From Camelus dromedarius (taxonomy: Eukaryota), in the NCBI RefSeq assembly GCF_036321535.1, contig NC_087437.1:118670001-118734000 (forward strand): a stretch of DNA of 64,000 nt, written 5' to 3'. The notes under the pieces were generated by a model. The model saw only the letters and a program-made list of their open reading frames with translations. It searched no databases and was not told the origin of the DNA. The translations under genes and the position numbers were made by a program. Shown here one piece after another: positions 12,261-25,400 of this stretch (positions within the stretch are counted from its first letter, which is position 1; each line of letters opens with the position of its first letter).

Positions 12261-13069
12261 CAGCAGTCCTCAGACTTCTGCATCTCAGGACCCCACTGTA
12301 CCTTATAAAAGTGACCCAGAACCCAGAAGAGTTTTTGTTTCTGTAGGTTATGCCTTTGAAATTAAAAAGGAGACAAAATTTAAATATTCATTAATTCATT
12401 TTAAAATAACAACACTACATCCATTACGTGTTAACATCAATATTTTTATGAAAAATTTTACTTTCCAAAAAAAAAAAAAAAGTGGCTCATGAAAAGAATG
12501 GCATTGTTTTACACTTTTGCAAATCTCTTTAATATCCGTAACGGAAGACACCTGGGTTCTCATAGCTCCTTGTGCATTCAGTCTGCTGCGGTATGTTGTG
12601 TTGGTTGACGGGTTGGTAGACTCTGGCTTCACATAGGTATGTGGTTGAAACAGTGTGGAGTATGTTAATATCCTTACCACATAATTGCGGATCTTTTTCT
12701 TTGATACTATGCCAAAACTTGACTGATCATAGTGTTTTTTAAAGATTAGTTGCAATGTAGAATCTGAAAGTGAATTTTTCTTACTCTGTTACATTACAAC
12801 GTACTGGTTTGCCTGGCACTTTGGTGTGGAAGGCTCTTGCCATTGCATGATTTGGTACCATTATGTATCCATCATTTGGAAAATTGCTGATTCACTGAGT
12901 CATGCAGAACTTGTCAGTATCCCGTGGGAAACTCTACTGTCCGTTCCTGGGAGGATGAGAGTGGAAAAGGCAACTGATGTTACCATATATAAGTTTTGAC
13001 CTTGCAAACTCCCTGAAGGGTCTCATGGACTTTCCAGTGGGTCCCCTGACCACACTTTGAGAACTGCTG
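12261..13069. mobile_element. hAT-Charlie-type DNA transposon
   Basis: TIRs cagcagtcctca / tgagaactgctg; 8-bp TSD gtctaaag / gtctgtag. Confidence 0.8.
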
Positions 13070-13739
13070 GTCTGTAGTATAAATTGAATGGGCGTTAACT
13101 GCAAAGTCCTGTGAGAGTATACAAAAGAAATAAAAAATTAAGTCCAATGATTTTAACACTTAAAAGTATGTTGAATGCAGTATGTGAAACTAAGGAAAGG
13201 AAAAAAAAGACGTGAGCACTTAAGTTTACAAAGCAGTAAGGGAGAACAAAACACGCTGGGTCTCCTGCGTGTATGTGTGTGTGCGTGCACACACGTGTGA
13301 TGATGACTGACCTGAGTGGGTACTTATGACCCCAAATCACATCCATGCCATGGCTCTGTAGACCAGTCTCCTATGTATGAGCTAAGGGTTGCAGGAAAGT
13401 TTGGGAAACCAGAGCCTGTGGGGGCCAGTTTTTGGGGTGGGGATGTGGCAGAGAGGAGAGGCTTGGGGAAGGTCTTGAAGGAAGGGCAGGATATAGGGTA
13501 GGAGAGGAGTGTGTCCAGGCTGAGACAGGACCAACCTCCTGTTTCCTCCAACCTCCCCCAAAACAATGTGTGCAGCCAGTCAGGACCCAGGGCCGGCTTC
13601 AGAGGGAGCCACTCCAGGTCTGAAATGACACTTGACAAGGTAGCTTGTGTGTGCTGTGTGGGCCAGACTGAGCTGTAAATGAGTTCCAATGGCTCCATCT
13701 GGCTCTGTCCTTGCTACTCATTTATTTTTCTTTTTCTGA

Positions 13740-14260
13740 TAACATAGTTTATTGAAGTATGATATATATGCAGTGGAATACACATTTAGCTCTATAACTT
13801 TTTATATAGCATTCTCGTGTACTCAGCCGCTCAGACAGAGATAAAGAACTTCTCTATCGTACCAATAAGCTTCCCCGTGCCCTTTCCCACTGAGTATCTT
13901 CCCACCCCTGTGCTCAGAGGAAAACACTAGTCTATCTTCTGTCACCACGGATTAGTTTTATCTCCTCTTGATCTTCATTTAAATGTAATCAGTATGCAGA
14001 TTGGTTTTGAGAGTTAGCCATGTTGTTGCATTTATCAGCAATGCATTCTTTTTTTTTTTTTTTAAATCACTGAATAATATTCTATCCTGTGATTATACCA
14101 CAAACTGCTTAACTGTTCTCCTGTTGATAGGTTTTGGCTTGTATCTTGGTTTTGGCTGCAATCTTCTGTGGATACTAAGAACTTAAATGCATGTGGTTTG
14201 TTTTCCAGGGGCTAGTCTCAGGGGTGGAGTTGCTGCATTGTATGCCAAGTATGTGTTAAC
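13740..14260 (-). mobile_element. Old L1 (L1M-type) 3' region
   Basis: Degenerate antisense L1 3' UTR-like sequence. Confidence 0.55.
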
Positions 14261-14267
14261 TTCATTG

Positions 14268-16790
14268 GAAACAACAGCAGAATACGCATTCTTCTCAAGC
14301 TCACGTGAAACATTCACCAAGATAGACCACATTCCGGACAATAAAATACACTTTAACAAATTCAAAATAACAGAAATTGTACAATATCTGTTGTCAGACC
14401 ACAATGGAATTAAACTAGAAATCAGTTACAGAAAAATAACTGGAAAATCCAAAAATACATGGAAGTTAAACAACATACTTCTAAGTAACACATGGGTTGA
14501 AGAAGGATTCTCAAGAGAAATTTTAAAATATTTTGCAGCAAATGAAAATGAAAACACAACTTATCCGAATTTGTGAAATACAGCCAACACAGTGCTTAGG
14601 GAACATGTGTAGCATTGAATGCATATGTTAGAAAAGAAGAAAGATCTAAAGTTAATAATCTAAGTTTCTACCTCAGGAAACTAGAAAAAGTTCAAAGTAA
14701 GTAGAAGGAAAGAAATAATGAAGGGTTAGAGCAGAAATCAATGAAATAGCAAACAGGAAATCAACAGAGAAAGTCAATAAAACCAAAAATTGGTTCCTTG
14801 AAAAGATTACCAAATCTCTAAGCCTCTAGCCAGGCTAACTAAGAAAAAAACAGGAGAGGACACGAATTACCAATAATCAGAAATGAAACTGAGGCCACCA
14901 CTACGGATCCCACAGACATTAAAAGGATAATAATGGAATACTATGACCGACTCTATGCCCACAGATTTTATAATCTAGATAAAATGGACCAATTCCTTAA
15001 AAGACACATTTGCCAAAACTTACCCATGAAAAAATAGACAGTTTGAATAGGGCTTTATTCATTAAAGAAATTGAATCAATCATTAATAACCTTCCCAAAC
15101 AGAAAGCTCCAGGCCCAAATGGGTTCATTGGTGAATTCCGTCAAACATTTAAGGAATAAATTATAAAAATTCTCTACAATCTTTCAAAGGTGGAAATAGA
15201 GGAAATACTTCCTAACCCATTCTGTAAGACTATCATTACTCTATTTCCAAAACCAGACAAAGACATTACAAGGAAAGAAAACTACAGACCAATATCTCTC
15301 ATGAATATAAATGCAAAAATGTTCAACAAAACATTAGTAAATCGAATCCAACAATGCATAGAAAGAGTTGTACTCCACAACCAAGTGGGCTTCATCTTAG
15401 CTATGCAGGGCTGAGTTAATATTCAAACATCAATTAATGAAAAGCCATCACATGAACAGGCTAAAAAAGAAAAATCACACGGCCACATCAGTAGATGCAG
15501 AAAAAGCATTTGACAAAATCCAGTGCACACACAACAGAGTTCATGATTAACACTTTCAGTGAACTAGGAATAGAGAGGAATGGGCACAACTTGATAAAGA
15601 CTATCTGCAAAAACCCTGCAGCCAACATTGTACTTAACGGTGAGAAACTCAAGGCTTTTCCACCGAGATCAAGTACGAGGCAAGGGGGTCCCTCTCACTA
15701 CTCCTATACTGAACTTTCTAGCTATTCAGTAAGCCAAGAAAAAGAAATCAAAGGCTTACAGATTGGGAAGGAAGAAATAAAACTGTCTTTGTTCACAGAT
15801 GATATGATCATCTGTAGAGAAAATCCAAAAGAATCAATTAAAAAACACTCCTGGGACTAAGTGTTTATGGCAAGGTTGCATGATACAAAGTTTATTAACC
15901 TGATGTGAAAGTCCATTATTTTTCTATATATCAGCAATGAACGAGTGGAATTTGAAATTAAGAACACAATACCATTTAATTAGCACCCCAAAATGAAATA
16001 CTTCAGTAGAAATCTAACAAAATACGTACAACATTTATATGAGAAAAACTATAGAATTCTGATGAAGAAAATCAAAGAAAACTAAATAAATGGAGAGATA
16101 TTCTATGTTTGTAGACAGAAAGACATCACTTCTTTCCAACTTAATCTATAGATTCAGTACAGTTCCGTCCAAAACCCTTATTTTGTGGAAGCAAAAGACC
16201 CAGAATAGCCAACACAATACTCAGGGAAAAGAGCAAAGTTGGAGGACTGTCACTGCTCAACTTCAATACTTACTGTAAGACTACAGCAGTGGAGGCAGTG
16301 TGATAGTGCTGAAAGAAAAAAACACACAGATCAGTGTAACAGAAGAGAGAGCTCAGAAACAGACCTGCCTGAGTATAGTTAACTGACCTTTGACAAAGGA
16401 GCAAAGGCAGTACAATGGAGCAAAGACAGTCTCTTCAACAAGAGCTGCTGAAACAACTGGACATTCACCTGCAAAATAGAAAATGAATCCAGATACAAAC
16501 TTTACACTCTTTACAAAAATTAACTCAAAACTATAAAACTCCTAGAAGGTAACATAGGAGAAACCCTACATGGCCTTGGGTATGGTGATGCCTTTTTAGA
16601 TGCAACGCCAAAGGCACCTTCCATGAAAGAAATAATTGCTAAGCTGGACTTTATCAAAATTAAATAAATCTACTCTGCAAAAGACAATGTCTAGAGAATA
16701 ATAAGACAAGTCATAGACCTTTAGTAATCTGATAAAGGACTGTTATCCAAAATATGCAAAGACTTAAAGCTCAGCAGCAAGAACAGATGA
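14268..16790 (+). mobile_element. L1 ORF2 remnant (endonuclease C-part and RT), disrupted
   Basis: ORF pieces FTKIDH..SDHNGIKLEI, KENYRPISLMNI, IKLSLFTDDMI; many stops and frameshifts. Confidence 0.95.
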
Positions 16791-18990
16791 CATGACGCTA
16801 TATATAGAAAACCCTAAAGACGCCACCAGAAAACTACTAGAGCTCATCAATGCATTTGGTAAAGTTGCAGGATACACAATTAATATACAGAAATCTGTCA
16901 CATTTTTATACACTAACAGCCAAATAGCAGCAAGAGAAATTAAGGAAACAATCCCATTTACCACTGCTTCAAAAAGAATAAAATACCTAGGAATAAACCT
17001 ACCTAAGGAGGCAAAGGACCTGTAGACCTAAAACTATAAGATGCTGATAAAAGAAACTGGAAACACAAGCAGATGGAAATATATACTGTGTTCTTGGATT
17101 GGAAGGATCAATATTGTTAAAACAAGCACACTGCCCAAGGCAGTCTACAGATTCAAGGTAATCCCTATCAAATCACTAATGGCATTTCCCACAGAACTAG
17201 AACAAATAATTTTAAAATTTATTTAGAAACACAAAAGACCCAAATAGCCAAAACAATCTTGAGAAAGAAGAACAGAGCTGGAGGAATGCTCCCTGGCGTC
17301 AGTCTATACTATAAAAACTACAGTAATCCAAGTGGTACAGTACGGGATTGGCACAAAAACAAGCACAGAGATCAATGGAAGAGGATAGAGAGCCCAGAAA
17401 TAAGCCCAGGCACTTATGGTCAATTAACCTACGACAAAGGAGGCAAGAACATACAATGGAGAAAAGACAGTCTCTTCAATAAGTGGTGCTGGGAAAAGCG
17501 GACAGCCGCCTATAAAAGAATGAAATTAGAACATTCTGTAACATCATATACAAAAATAAACTCAAAATGGGTTAAAGACCTAAATCTAAGGCCAGATACT
17601 GTAATAGACAAGAACAAATCTGACTCCATATGAGATCTGTTCTTTTGCCTTTAACCCTGTGCCCTGTTTACTGGGCTCAGTCTTGCCAGCTCTGCTCTCA
17701 CGTAAAGATAACAAGTTGCAGAACAGAGAATAGCATTTGTTTTTTTGGAGGTTTTGCAGGAGCGCCGTGAGCTGGCCCACGCGGACAGCTGCAGGAACGA
17801 AGAGCTCCTACACCAAGAAGTTTGCAACAATCAACCACTCCCCCTCCCCTGTTTTTTGTATAAAAGGAACCTGTATTCTGACTTGGGGAGGATGGCTCTC
17901 CAGGACATTAGTCTACCATCCTCTCGGTCTGCCGGCTGTCTGAATAAAGTCGCTATTCCTTGCCCCACCACCTCGTCTCCCGATTTATTGGCCTGTCGTG
18001 TGGCGAGCAGAACGAGTTTGGACTCAGTAACAATACTATAAAAACTCCTACAGGAAAACATAGGCAGAACACTCTTTGATATAAAGTGCAGCAATATTTT
18101 TTTGGATCTGTCTCCTAGAGTAATGGAAATAAAAGCAAAAATAAACAAATGGGACCTAATTACACTTAAAAGCTTTTGCACAGCAAAAGAAACCATAAAC
18201 AAAATAAAAAGACAAACTGGAAGGGGGAAAATATTTATAATGAAGTGACCAACAAGGGATTAATTTCCAAAATATACAAACAGCTCATACAGCTTAATAT
18301 AAAAAAAAAAAAAGCAACCTAATCAAAAATGAGCAGAAGACCTAAATAGACATTTCTCCAAAGAAGACATACAGAAGGCCAACAGGTACATAAAAAGATC
18401 CTCAGCATCACTAACTGTTAAAGAAATGCAAATCAAAACTACAATGACGTATCACCTCACACAGGTCAGAATAACCATCATCAAAAAGTCTACAAATAAT
18501 AAATGCTGGAGAGGGTGTGGAGAAAAGGGAACCCTCTTGCACTCTCGGTAGGCATGTAAATTGGTGCAGCCACTATAGAGAACAGCATGGAAGATCCTTT
18601 AAAAATTAAAAATAGAGTTAGCATAAGATCTAGCAATCCCACTCCTTGGCATATATCCAGAAAAGATGAAAACTAATTTAAAAAGACACCTGCACCCCAA
18701 TGTTCACAGCAGCATTATTTACAGTAGCCAAGACATGGAAGCAACCTAAATGTCCATCAACAGATGACTGGATAAAGAAGATGTGGTGTGTATATACAAT
18801 GGAATATTAGTCAACCATAAAAAAGAATGAAATAATGCCACTTGCAGCAACATGGATGGTCCTAGAGATTTTCATACTAAGTGAAGTAAGTCAGACAGAG
18901 AAAGACAAATATCATATAATATCACTTATATGTGGAATCTAAAAAAAAGAATAGAAATGAACTTATTAAAAAAAATAGACTCATAGACAG
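16790..18990 (+). mobile_element. Second, younger 5'-truncated L1 nested in the first
   Basis: Restarts at DDMTLYIENPKDATRKLLELIN, repeating the RT region, and runs through the ORF2 C-terminus into the 3' UTR. Confidence 0.92.
17600..18032 (+). mobile_element. ERV1-like solo LTR inserted in L1
   Basis: tgtaatagac..cagtaaca; perfect 4-bp TSD atac; TATAAAA and AATAAA present; L1 resumes seamlessly. Confidence 0.92.
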
Positions 18991-18994
18991 CAGT

Positions 18995-19108
18995 CTGATG
19001 GGGATACTGATGAGGAGGGAGGCTGACAAAATGTCCGCATCTTCCCCTCAATTTTTCTGTGAACCAAAACTGCTCTAAAATTTTTGTGTGAATTGAAAAA
19101 AAAAAAGA
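18995..19108 (+). mobile_element. L1MC-like 3' end
   Basis: ctcaatttttctgtgaaccaaaactgctctaaaa followed by an A tail. Confidence 0.65.
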
Positions 19109-20308
19109 CACCTAGTATGTTTTGGTCCCACGACGTTAAGGAGCGGTTGCAACCATCCTCTGCTCTTTAGGAAACAGAATTCTGTAAAAAGTAATATAAC
19201 AGTTTTGAAAACGAACCAAATAAAACTTACAGAAATAAAAAATACACAGCAACAACAATAGCAAACTCAAGGAACAGGTTTTACAGCAGATTAGACAGAG
19301 CTGAACATACAGTTAGTGAACGGGGTGGGGGGAGGCAAAAAGCTACACGCAGAGCAAACACATAAAGAGAAAGGGGGAGTGACGTTCAGGAGACATGCTG
19401 CTGAGGTCTCACACTGGCAGGAGAAGAAGATAAGTTAGTTTCCAGAAATTGCTGGGCATTTCGACACATTTAGTCCCCAGCTGTAATGATAAATAAGGAA
19501 AATGGTTGAATTGTTAAGAAGTTAAATCTAATTATGTAAAAAAAAATTTTGAGTCTTAACATTTTATGTGCTGCAGATTTTTGAGATGGAAAATTAACCT
19601 TAGGAGGCCAGGTCATTCATGGGGCACACGTAGACAGAACGCAGGGCTCCTGACTATTAAAATACTGCCATCAGGAGGCCCTGGAGCGGTCCTATTGCTG
19701 TGATTTAAGCAAGGAGTTACATTCACAGAGACTCAGTGTGGAGTCACTTGGAAACCTTTAGAATCTCTAACTGATGAAATGTGTGACATTTGATGTTTCA
19801 CTTTGCCATTCTGAGGGCTAAGCCATTTGTAAGATGGTTCAGATACCTTCCCTTTAGGCTGCAGTGCAGGCTAAAAAAGATTTCCCAGCACAACCTTCAG
19901 AGCAGAGTGTGTCCCGCAGCGCCGGCGCCATGGCCACAGAGCAGGAGCTGTCGTGAACAGTCAGCTGAATCCAAAGTTCAAGTGGAAAGTAAACATGGAA
20001 AAGTCACTAGGAAGTACCTAAGCAGAAGGAAATAAGGCTGAGAGAACAGACTATGAAGTCCAGACATCATCTTAAGTATATATGAAACTTTAAACAATGA
20101 GCGGGCGTCTCAAACCAATGGAGGAAGATGATCATTCAACAAACGGTGGACCACTGGCTGGCCAGCTGGGGGAAAGTAAGTTTGGATTTCCATCAACATT
20201 TAATATAAATGGAACAAATATTTTAATTAAAAAATAAGAAAGTATGGGGAAAGAGATCAAGGCTGTTCTAAGCAAAACAAAACTCAGAAGCTGTAAAAAG
20301 AAAATCAG

Positions 20309-20390
20309 GGGGAAGGCAGAGCTCATATTTAGCATGCACGAGGTCCTGGGTCAATCCCCAGTACCTCTACTTTAAAAAAAAAAAAGAAAG
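20309..20390 (+). mobile_element. tRNA-Ala-derived SINE (Vic-1-like)
   Basis: tRNA-like body and A tail; perfect 12-bp TSD aaagaaaatcag at 20297-20308 and 20391-20402. Confidence 0.9.
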
Positions 20391-21799
20391 AAAGAAAATC
20401 AGATTATTTTTTAAACTGCCTGGGGTGGGGGTGGAATTCCACACTCAAAGTAAAGACAAATAGGGAAAAAGATTTTTTATTGCCTACGGCAAGGAACTAA
20501 TTAATATGGAGTTATGAAAAGCTAAAGTACACAATTTAGTAACTATACAACAATGTGTATAGTAGATGTCCTCCTGTGTAAAACATGGGCGGGGGAATTC
20601 ATACTACATTCATATTTGCAAGAGTCCTGCTTTTTTGGTTGCTTTGCAGTGGAGTGTGTTTCAGAGGGAGTCGCTCCTTCAGTGGCGGTACTTTCCCTAA
20701 GTAAGGAAGGAAGGAAGGTGAAAAGCAAGTAGTAAAAATTATCCTTGAAATAAGCATGCACAAACTTCGCCGGGGGGTGGCGAGGCGGTGGGGAGGAGGG
20801 GGTCAATGAGCACAACATACTTCTGGGTCTGTTTTGGCAAAATCTCTGGATTCTGAATAAATAAGCCGAGCAGTTCCTCTTCTAGGGGTTTATTGTCTTG
20901 TTTCACATAAACGAAACGTCCCGTGTGAGAAGTTCCCTCACTGTGTGTGAGCCCTGACAGAGGCGGAAAAGAAACGGCTATTGCAGGGAGCCGGGCCACG
21001 TGGCCCATCCTGGCTGTAGCTGGATGTGTACAAAGAAATTCCGGAAGGACACCCAAGAAAGTGATAACCTGGGTTTTCTATTGGGTAAACAGATGCAGGG
21101 GTCAGGAGATTTATCACCATCCATCTCTTTGTATACTCGTAAAATTTGAACTACGCCAATGTATTATCTAGTCCACAAATTAGGTCTCAAAGCCGCTATA
21201 ACCAGAAAAATGCTAACAACTCATTAGAAAAATGGGCGATGTATGTGATGAGACAGTTCCCAGGAAAAGATGTATGCACAAACCACGAATGGCTTTTAAG
21301 CCTATGGAAGTGTGCTGAGGCGATCGCTTTAATAAGAGAACCAATTAGAACAATACTAAGCTTTTTTTTTTTCCACAACAGGATAGTATAGATCAAAAAG
21401 TTGGATAATACAATACTTTGGGAAGGGTATGGACAAATATTCTCATACGCTGCCAGCAGGCATGTAACCTGGTATAACTTCTCTGGAGAGCTGTGGGGAA
21501 CATCTGTTGGAATTCAGAATTCATGTACCCTTTGGTTTAGTAATTCACTTCTAGGAATTTATTTGTATTTAAATGTCCTTCTGGCTTTTGTTGCCCTCAT
21601 AGATTTCTTTGCCTTTTTCACTGTTGAGTGTACACAGCATTTCCTCTTTTGAAAAACCCCTTAGCATAGATCCCCAGAAATGGAACCTCTGTCGTGTTTT
21701 ACAGGCCAGGGGAGCTGCTAAGGAGAACCTGAGGAGGTTTCTTAGGGACCGTGTGAAAATAGGGAGTGGGGTCTGGATTTAGGAGGATTAAAGCAAAAT

Positions 21800-23555
21800 G
21801 AAAGCAAATCCCAACCTAACCAAGGAGGCACTGAAAACGACAAAACTACTGAAAGAAACGAAGGAAGGTGCAAATAAATGAAAAGACATCCAGGGGTGAG
21901 AGATCTGAAACTGCAGTATCGTGAAGTCACCGGTACTACCCAAAGCAATCTGCAGGTTCAGTGCAATTCCTAGCAAATATCATGGGGGTTTTTTTGCAGA
22001 AATAGAAAAGTCCATCCTGAAGTTCATATGGAACCTGAGAGGACTCTGAATAGCGAAAACAATCTTGAAAAAGAAGAACAAAGTTGGAGGCTCGCGAACT
22101 TCCTGGCTTCAAAACTCAATTATAAAGCTGCAGTAATCAGAAAAGTGTGGCACTGGCGTAAAGACGGACATGTCAGCCACTGGAATAGACTAGGGAGCTC
22201 CTAAAGAATTCCTCGAATATATGGTCAAGTTATCTTTGATAAAAATAAGGATTTTTTTCACAAGGGTGCTGAAACCATTTGATGGAGAAATGACAGTCTC
22301 TTCAACAAATGGTGTTGAGAAAACTGAATATCCATATACAAAAGAATGACGTTGGACCTTTACCTAATGCCATGGACCAAAAAATTAACTCAAAATGAGT
22401 TAAAGACCTCAAACTTCTAGAAGAAAACGTAGTATAAAAGCGTCATGACATTGGATTTGGTAACCATTTATTGGCTATGACACCAAAAGCACAGGCAGCA
22501 AAAGCAGAAACAGATAAATCAAACAAAAACTGGATCATACAGAAACTTCTGTGCATTCAAGGACACAGCATGGTGAAAATTAGGGCATGTGGGGAGATGT
22601 TTATAAACCATATATCTGATAAGGAGTTAATATCCAGAATATATAAAGAACTCCTGCAATTCAACAACAACAGAAACAGCCAGATTTATAAATGGCCAAA
22701 GGCCTAAATAGACATTTCTCTGAAGATGCTACACAAACGACGAATGAGCACGTGAGAAGATGCTCACCGTCACTGTTCCTTAGAGAAATGCAAACAAGAT
22801 CACAGCGAGATATCACCTCACGTCCTTTAGGATTCCTGCTCTAAATTAGAAGCAAAGCAAAACAAAAAAACAAAGTAATGCATTGTGAGGATATGGAGAA
22901 ACTGGAACACTTATGCACTACTATTAGGAGTGTAAAATGATGCAGCCACTGTGGAAAATAGTATGGTGATTCCTCAAACAATTCAAAGTAGAATTACCCG
23001 ATGATCCAGCAATTCCACTTCTGCTGTATGCCCCGAAGAGCTGGAAACAGGATCTCGAAGAGATATTTGCACACCCACGTTCACAGTAGCATTATTCACA
23101 CTGGCTAAGTGGTGGGAACAGCCCAAGTGTTCATCAAGGGATGACTGGATAAACAGGCTACTGTCTATACATATAATGGAATACTCTTCATTCTTAAAAA
23201 GGATTGAAATCCTGTCACAGGCTACAACGTGGATGCACCTGAGGACGTTGTTCTAAGTGAAATAAGCCAGTCATAAAAAGACAAATACTGTATGATTCCA
23301 CTATATGAGGGATCTAAAGTAGTCAAAGTCTGGAAGCAGAAAGTAGGACTGTGCCTGCCGGGTGATTGGGGTCGGGGGAAGGGGGAGGTGCTGATTACTA
23401 GGAACAGAGTTTTCGTTTTGCAAGATGAAACCGTTCTGGCGTTCTGTTGTGCAACAAGGTGAACGTACTTAACTTTACTGACCTGTACACTTAAAATGTA
23501 ATTTTGTAAATTTGGTATAAGGTGGTACATTTTATGTTATGCACTTTTTTACCAC
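21800..23555 (+). mobile_element. L1 (L1MA/MB-like) ORF2 C-terminal half and 3' UTR
   Basis: [25 protein letters not shown] and a typical 3' UTR. Confidence 0.92.
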
Positions 23556-24599
23556 TTTTTTTTTTCAATGAAAGCGAACCCAGAGATAAACGCTCCATCT
23601 CTGAAGTGAGGTGAGCTAAAGACAGAGGTGCGGCTCTTGGGCGGAATCAACACCCCCTTCAATGAGCTGATTCGTGTGTCTAGTGTCAGTGTTGAGGAGA
23701 GCTGGGGACTAGCCTGCCAGCATCGCTGGAGAGATGCTCAGAGAGGCATCCGAGCCGAAATGTGCCTCGCTCGGGCTGGGTGCCGTCCTGGAGCCCTGAG
23801 GAGGGCGTCCCAACAGAGACCCCTGTCTTCTGTTCCCCGATCTGCAGGCCAGCGGGCAGGCGGTGGCCTGGAATAAAAAGCCACGCTGTCCACAGGACAC
23901 TTGTCCCCGGCTCCCTGGGTGACCCCACACTGGAGCTTCTCAGGAGGCAAAGACGGTGGTGGAGGGCGGTGGCAGTTGAGCCCCTGGCTTCTTTAGGGAA
24001 CAGGACTGTGGGAGCCAGCACACTCTGGAGGTGGGGACTGTGTCTTTTGCAGACGCTGCCTCCCTGGAACTCCTTCTCCACAAAAGTGACCAACTGCCTG
24101 TGGAGCCTTAACTTGCTCTTGGGAGCCTGGGGCCACTTTGATGGCAGTAGGTTCAACGCGCTGTAAAACCAGACGGATGCCGGGAAGGCAGGCCTCCCTG
24201 CCGGGAGGAGGGCAGCCGATCCTCTTCCCAGGCGGGACATCCCGGGAGCTTTCTTCAGAAACCTGCTTGACTCTAACCCTGGCAAGCCTGGCCTCCTATA
24301 AACCCAAGGACCTGCAGGCCTGTGACCCTGACTTTGGGGCCCAGGACATGGTTCCTGTCCTATTTTCCCTAATCAATTCCCAGAGTAAAGGAGGACATGA
24401 GAGGCAGAGCGCCTGCTGGGCTGTGCAAACTGCAGTGGGTAGGGAGTTTTGGAGGAAGCCAAGCGCCTTATAACCGTGACCCCGGGACCTGGACTTGAAA
24501 CCTGGATTCATTCCCCTGGGCCTCTGCTTTGACGTCTAAAAGGCTCGAGATAGGCGTATCTTGGGCAATCCCCCTTGTGAGACATTGAATTGGGGCCTG

Positions 24600-25400
24600 G
24601 GGCCACTAAACGTTAAGAGGCAGCGTCCTCCCCGTCAAAGCAAACCCCGCTCCTTCTCTCTGGAGACTGGAGAGCGCATCCCGCAGACCCTGAGCTCCCT
24701 GCCCCTCCCGCACCTGTCCCGCCCCGCCCCGCCCGCACCTACGCACCTGCCCTACCCGCGCCTGCCCTCCCTGCTGCGGCCCAGCCTGGAGGGCGTGTCG
24801 CCAGGCGTCCGCCCAGACCGTGCGAGGCGCCCTCCGGTCCGTCCGCCGGGAGCTGAGGCCAAGGGCCAGAAGGGCCCGCAGCCGCGCCTGGAAGATGCGC
24901 CCCGGGACTGCCGGTGAGTGCGAACTCCACCGCGGGAGGAGGGAAGGGACCCCTGGGCAGGGGAGAGTCGCTGCCTCGCCCTTCCTGGGACCCGCCACAC
25001 TGAGCCAGAGGTAGGGGCGCCCCCGGACAGGGTTTTCTCTTGGATCGGTGACCAGGAATGCGGGAAGCGAATGCGGCAGGCAAGTTGGCTGGAGTTTTTC
25101 CTCCGCCCTCCTACCGGTCCCCACCGCCCTAGCTGCGTGCGTGGCGGGTAGGGGTGGGGGTGTCAGTGAGAGGGACGTTTGGCCTGAAAAGTAGGTGTTG
25201 GGTGAGCGCAGGTGGAGCAGAACCCGGTGAGCCCCAAGCGGAGAGGGCGCCTTCCTCCGGGCCGCAGGTGCCAGCAGGGGCGCTGGAACTTCCTGGGAGG
25301 GGAGGCAAGGGACGCCGGGGCTGCCAGGCGCTGGTTAGAGGCACCTGTGGATCCACCTGTGGCTTCTCCAGTTGGAGGCAGAGATCATTAGCCTCAGGTA
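24600..25400 (+). promoter_or_regulatory. FAM3B: FAM3B CpG-island promoter
   Basis: GC- and CpG-rich; tandem GC boxes cccgccccgccccgccc at ~24718-24734; spans exon 1. Confidence 0.85.
24895..24913 (+). CDS. FAM3B: FAM3B coding exon 1 (MRPGTA-G)
   Basis: aagATGc start inside a CpG island; donor CCG|GTGAGT; 19 nt, phase 1; resembles the FAM3B N-terminus MRPLAGG. Confidence 0.9.

Noticed and set aside
14187..18990. Active L1 or novel reverse-transcriptase gene
   Set aside because: ORF2 is fragmented by stops and frameshifts, and ORF1 and the 5' UTR are absent
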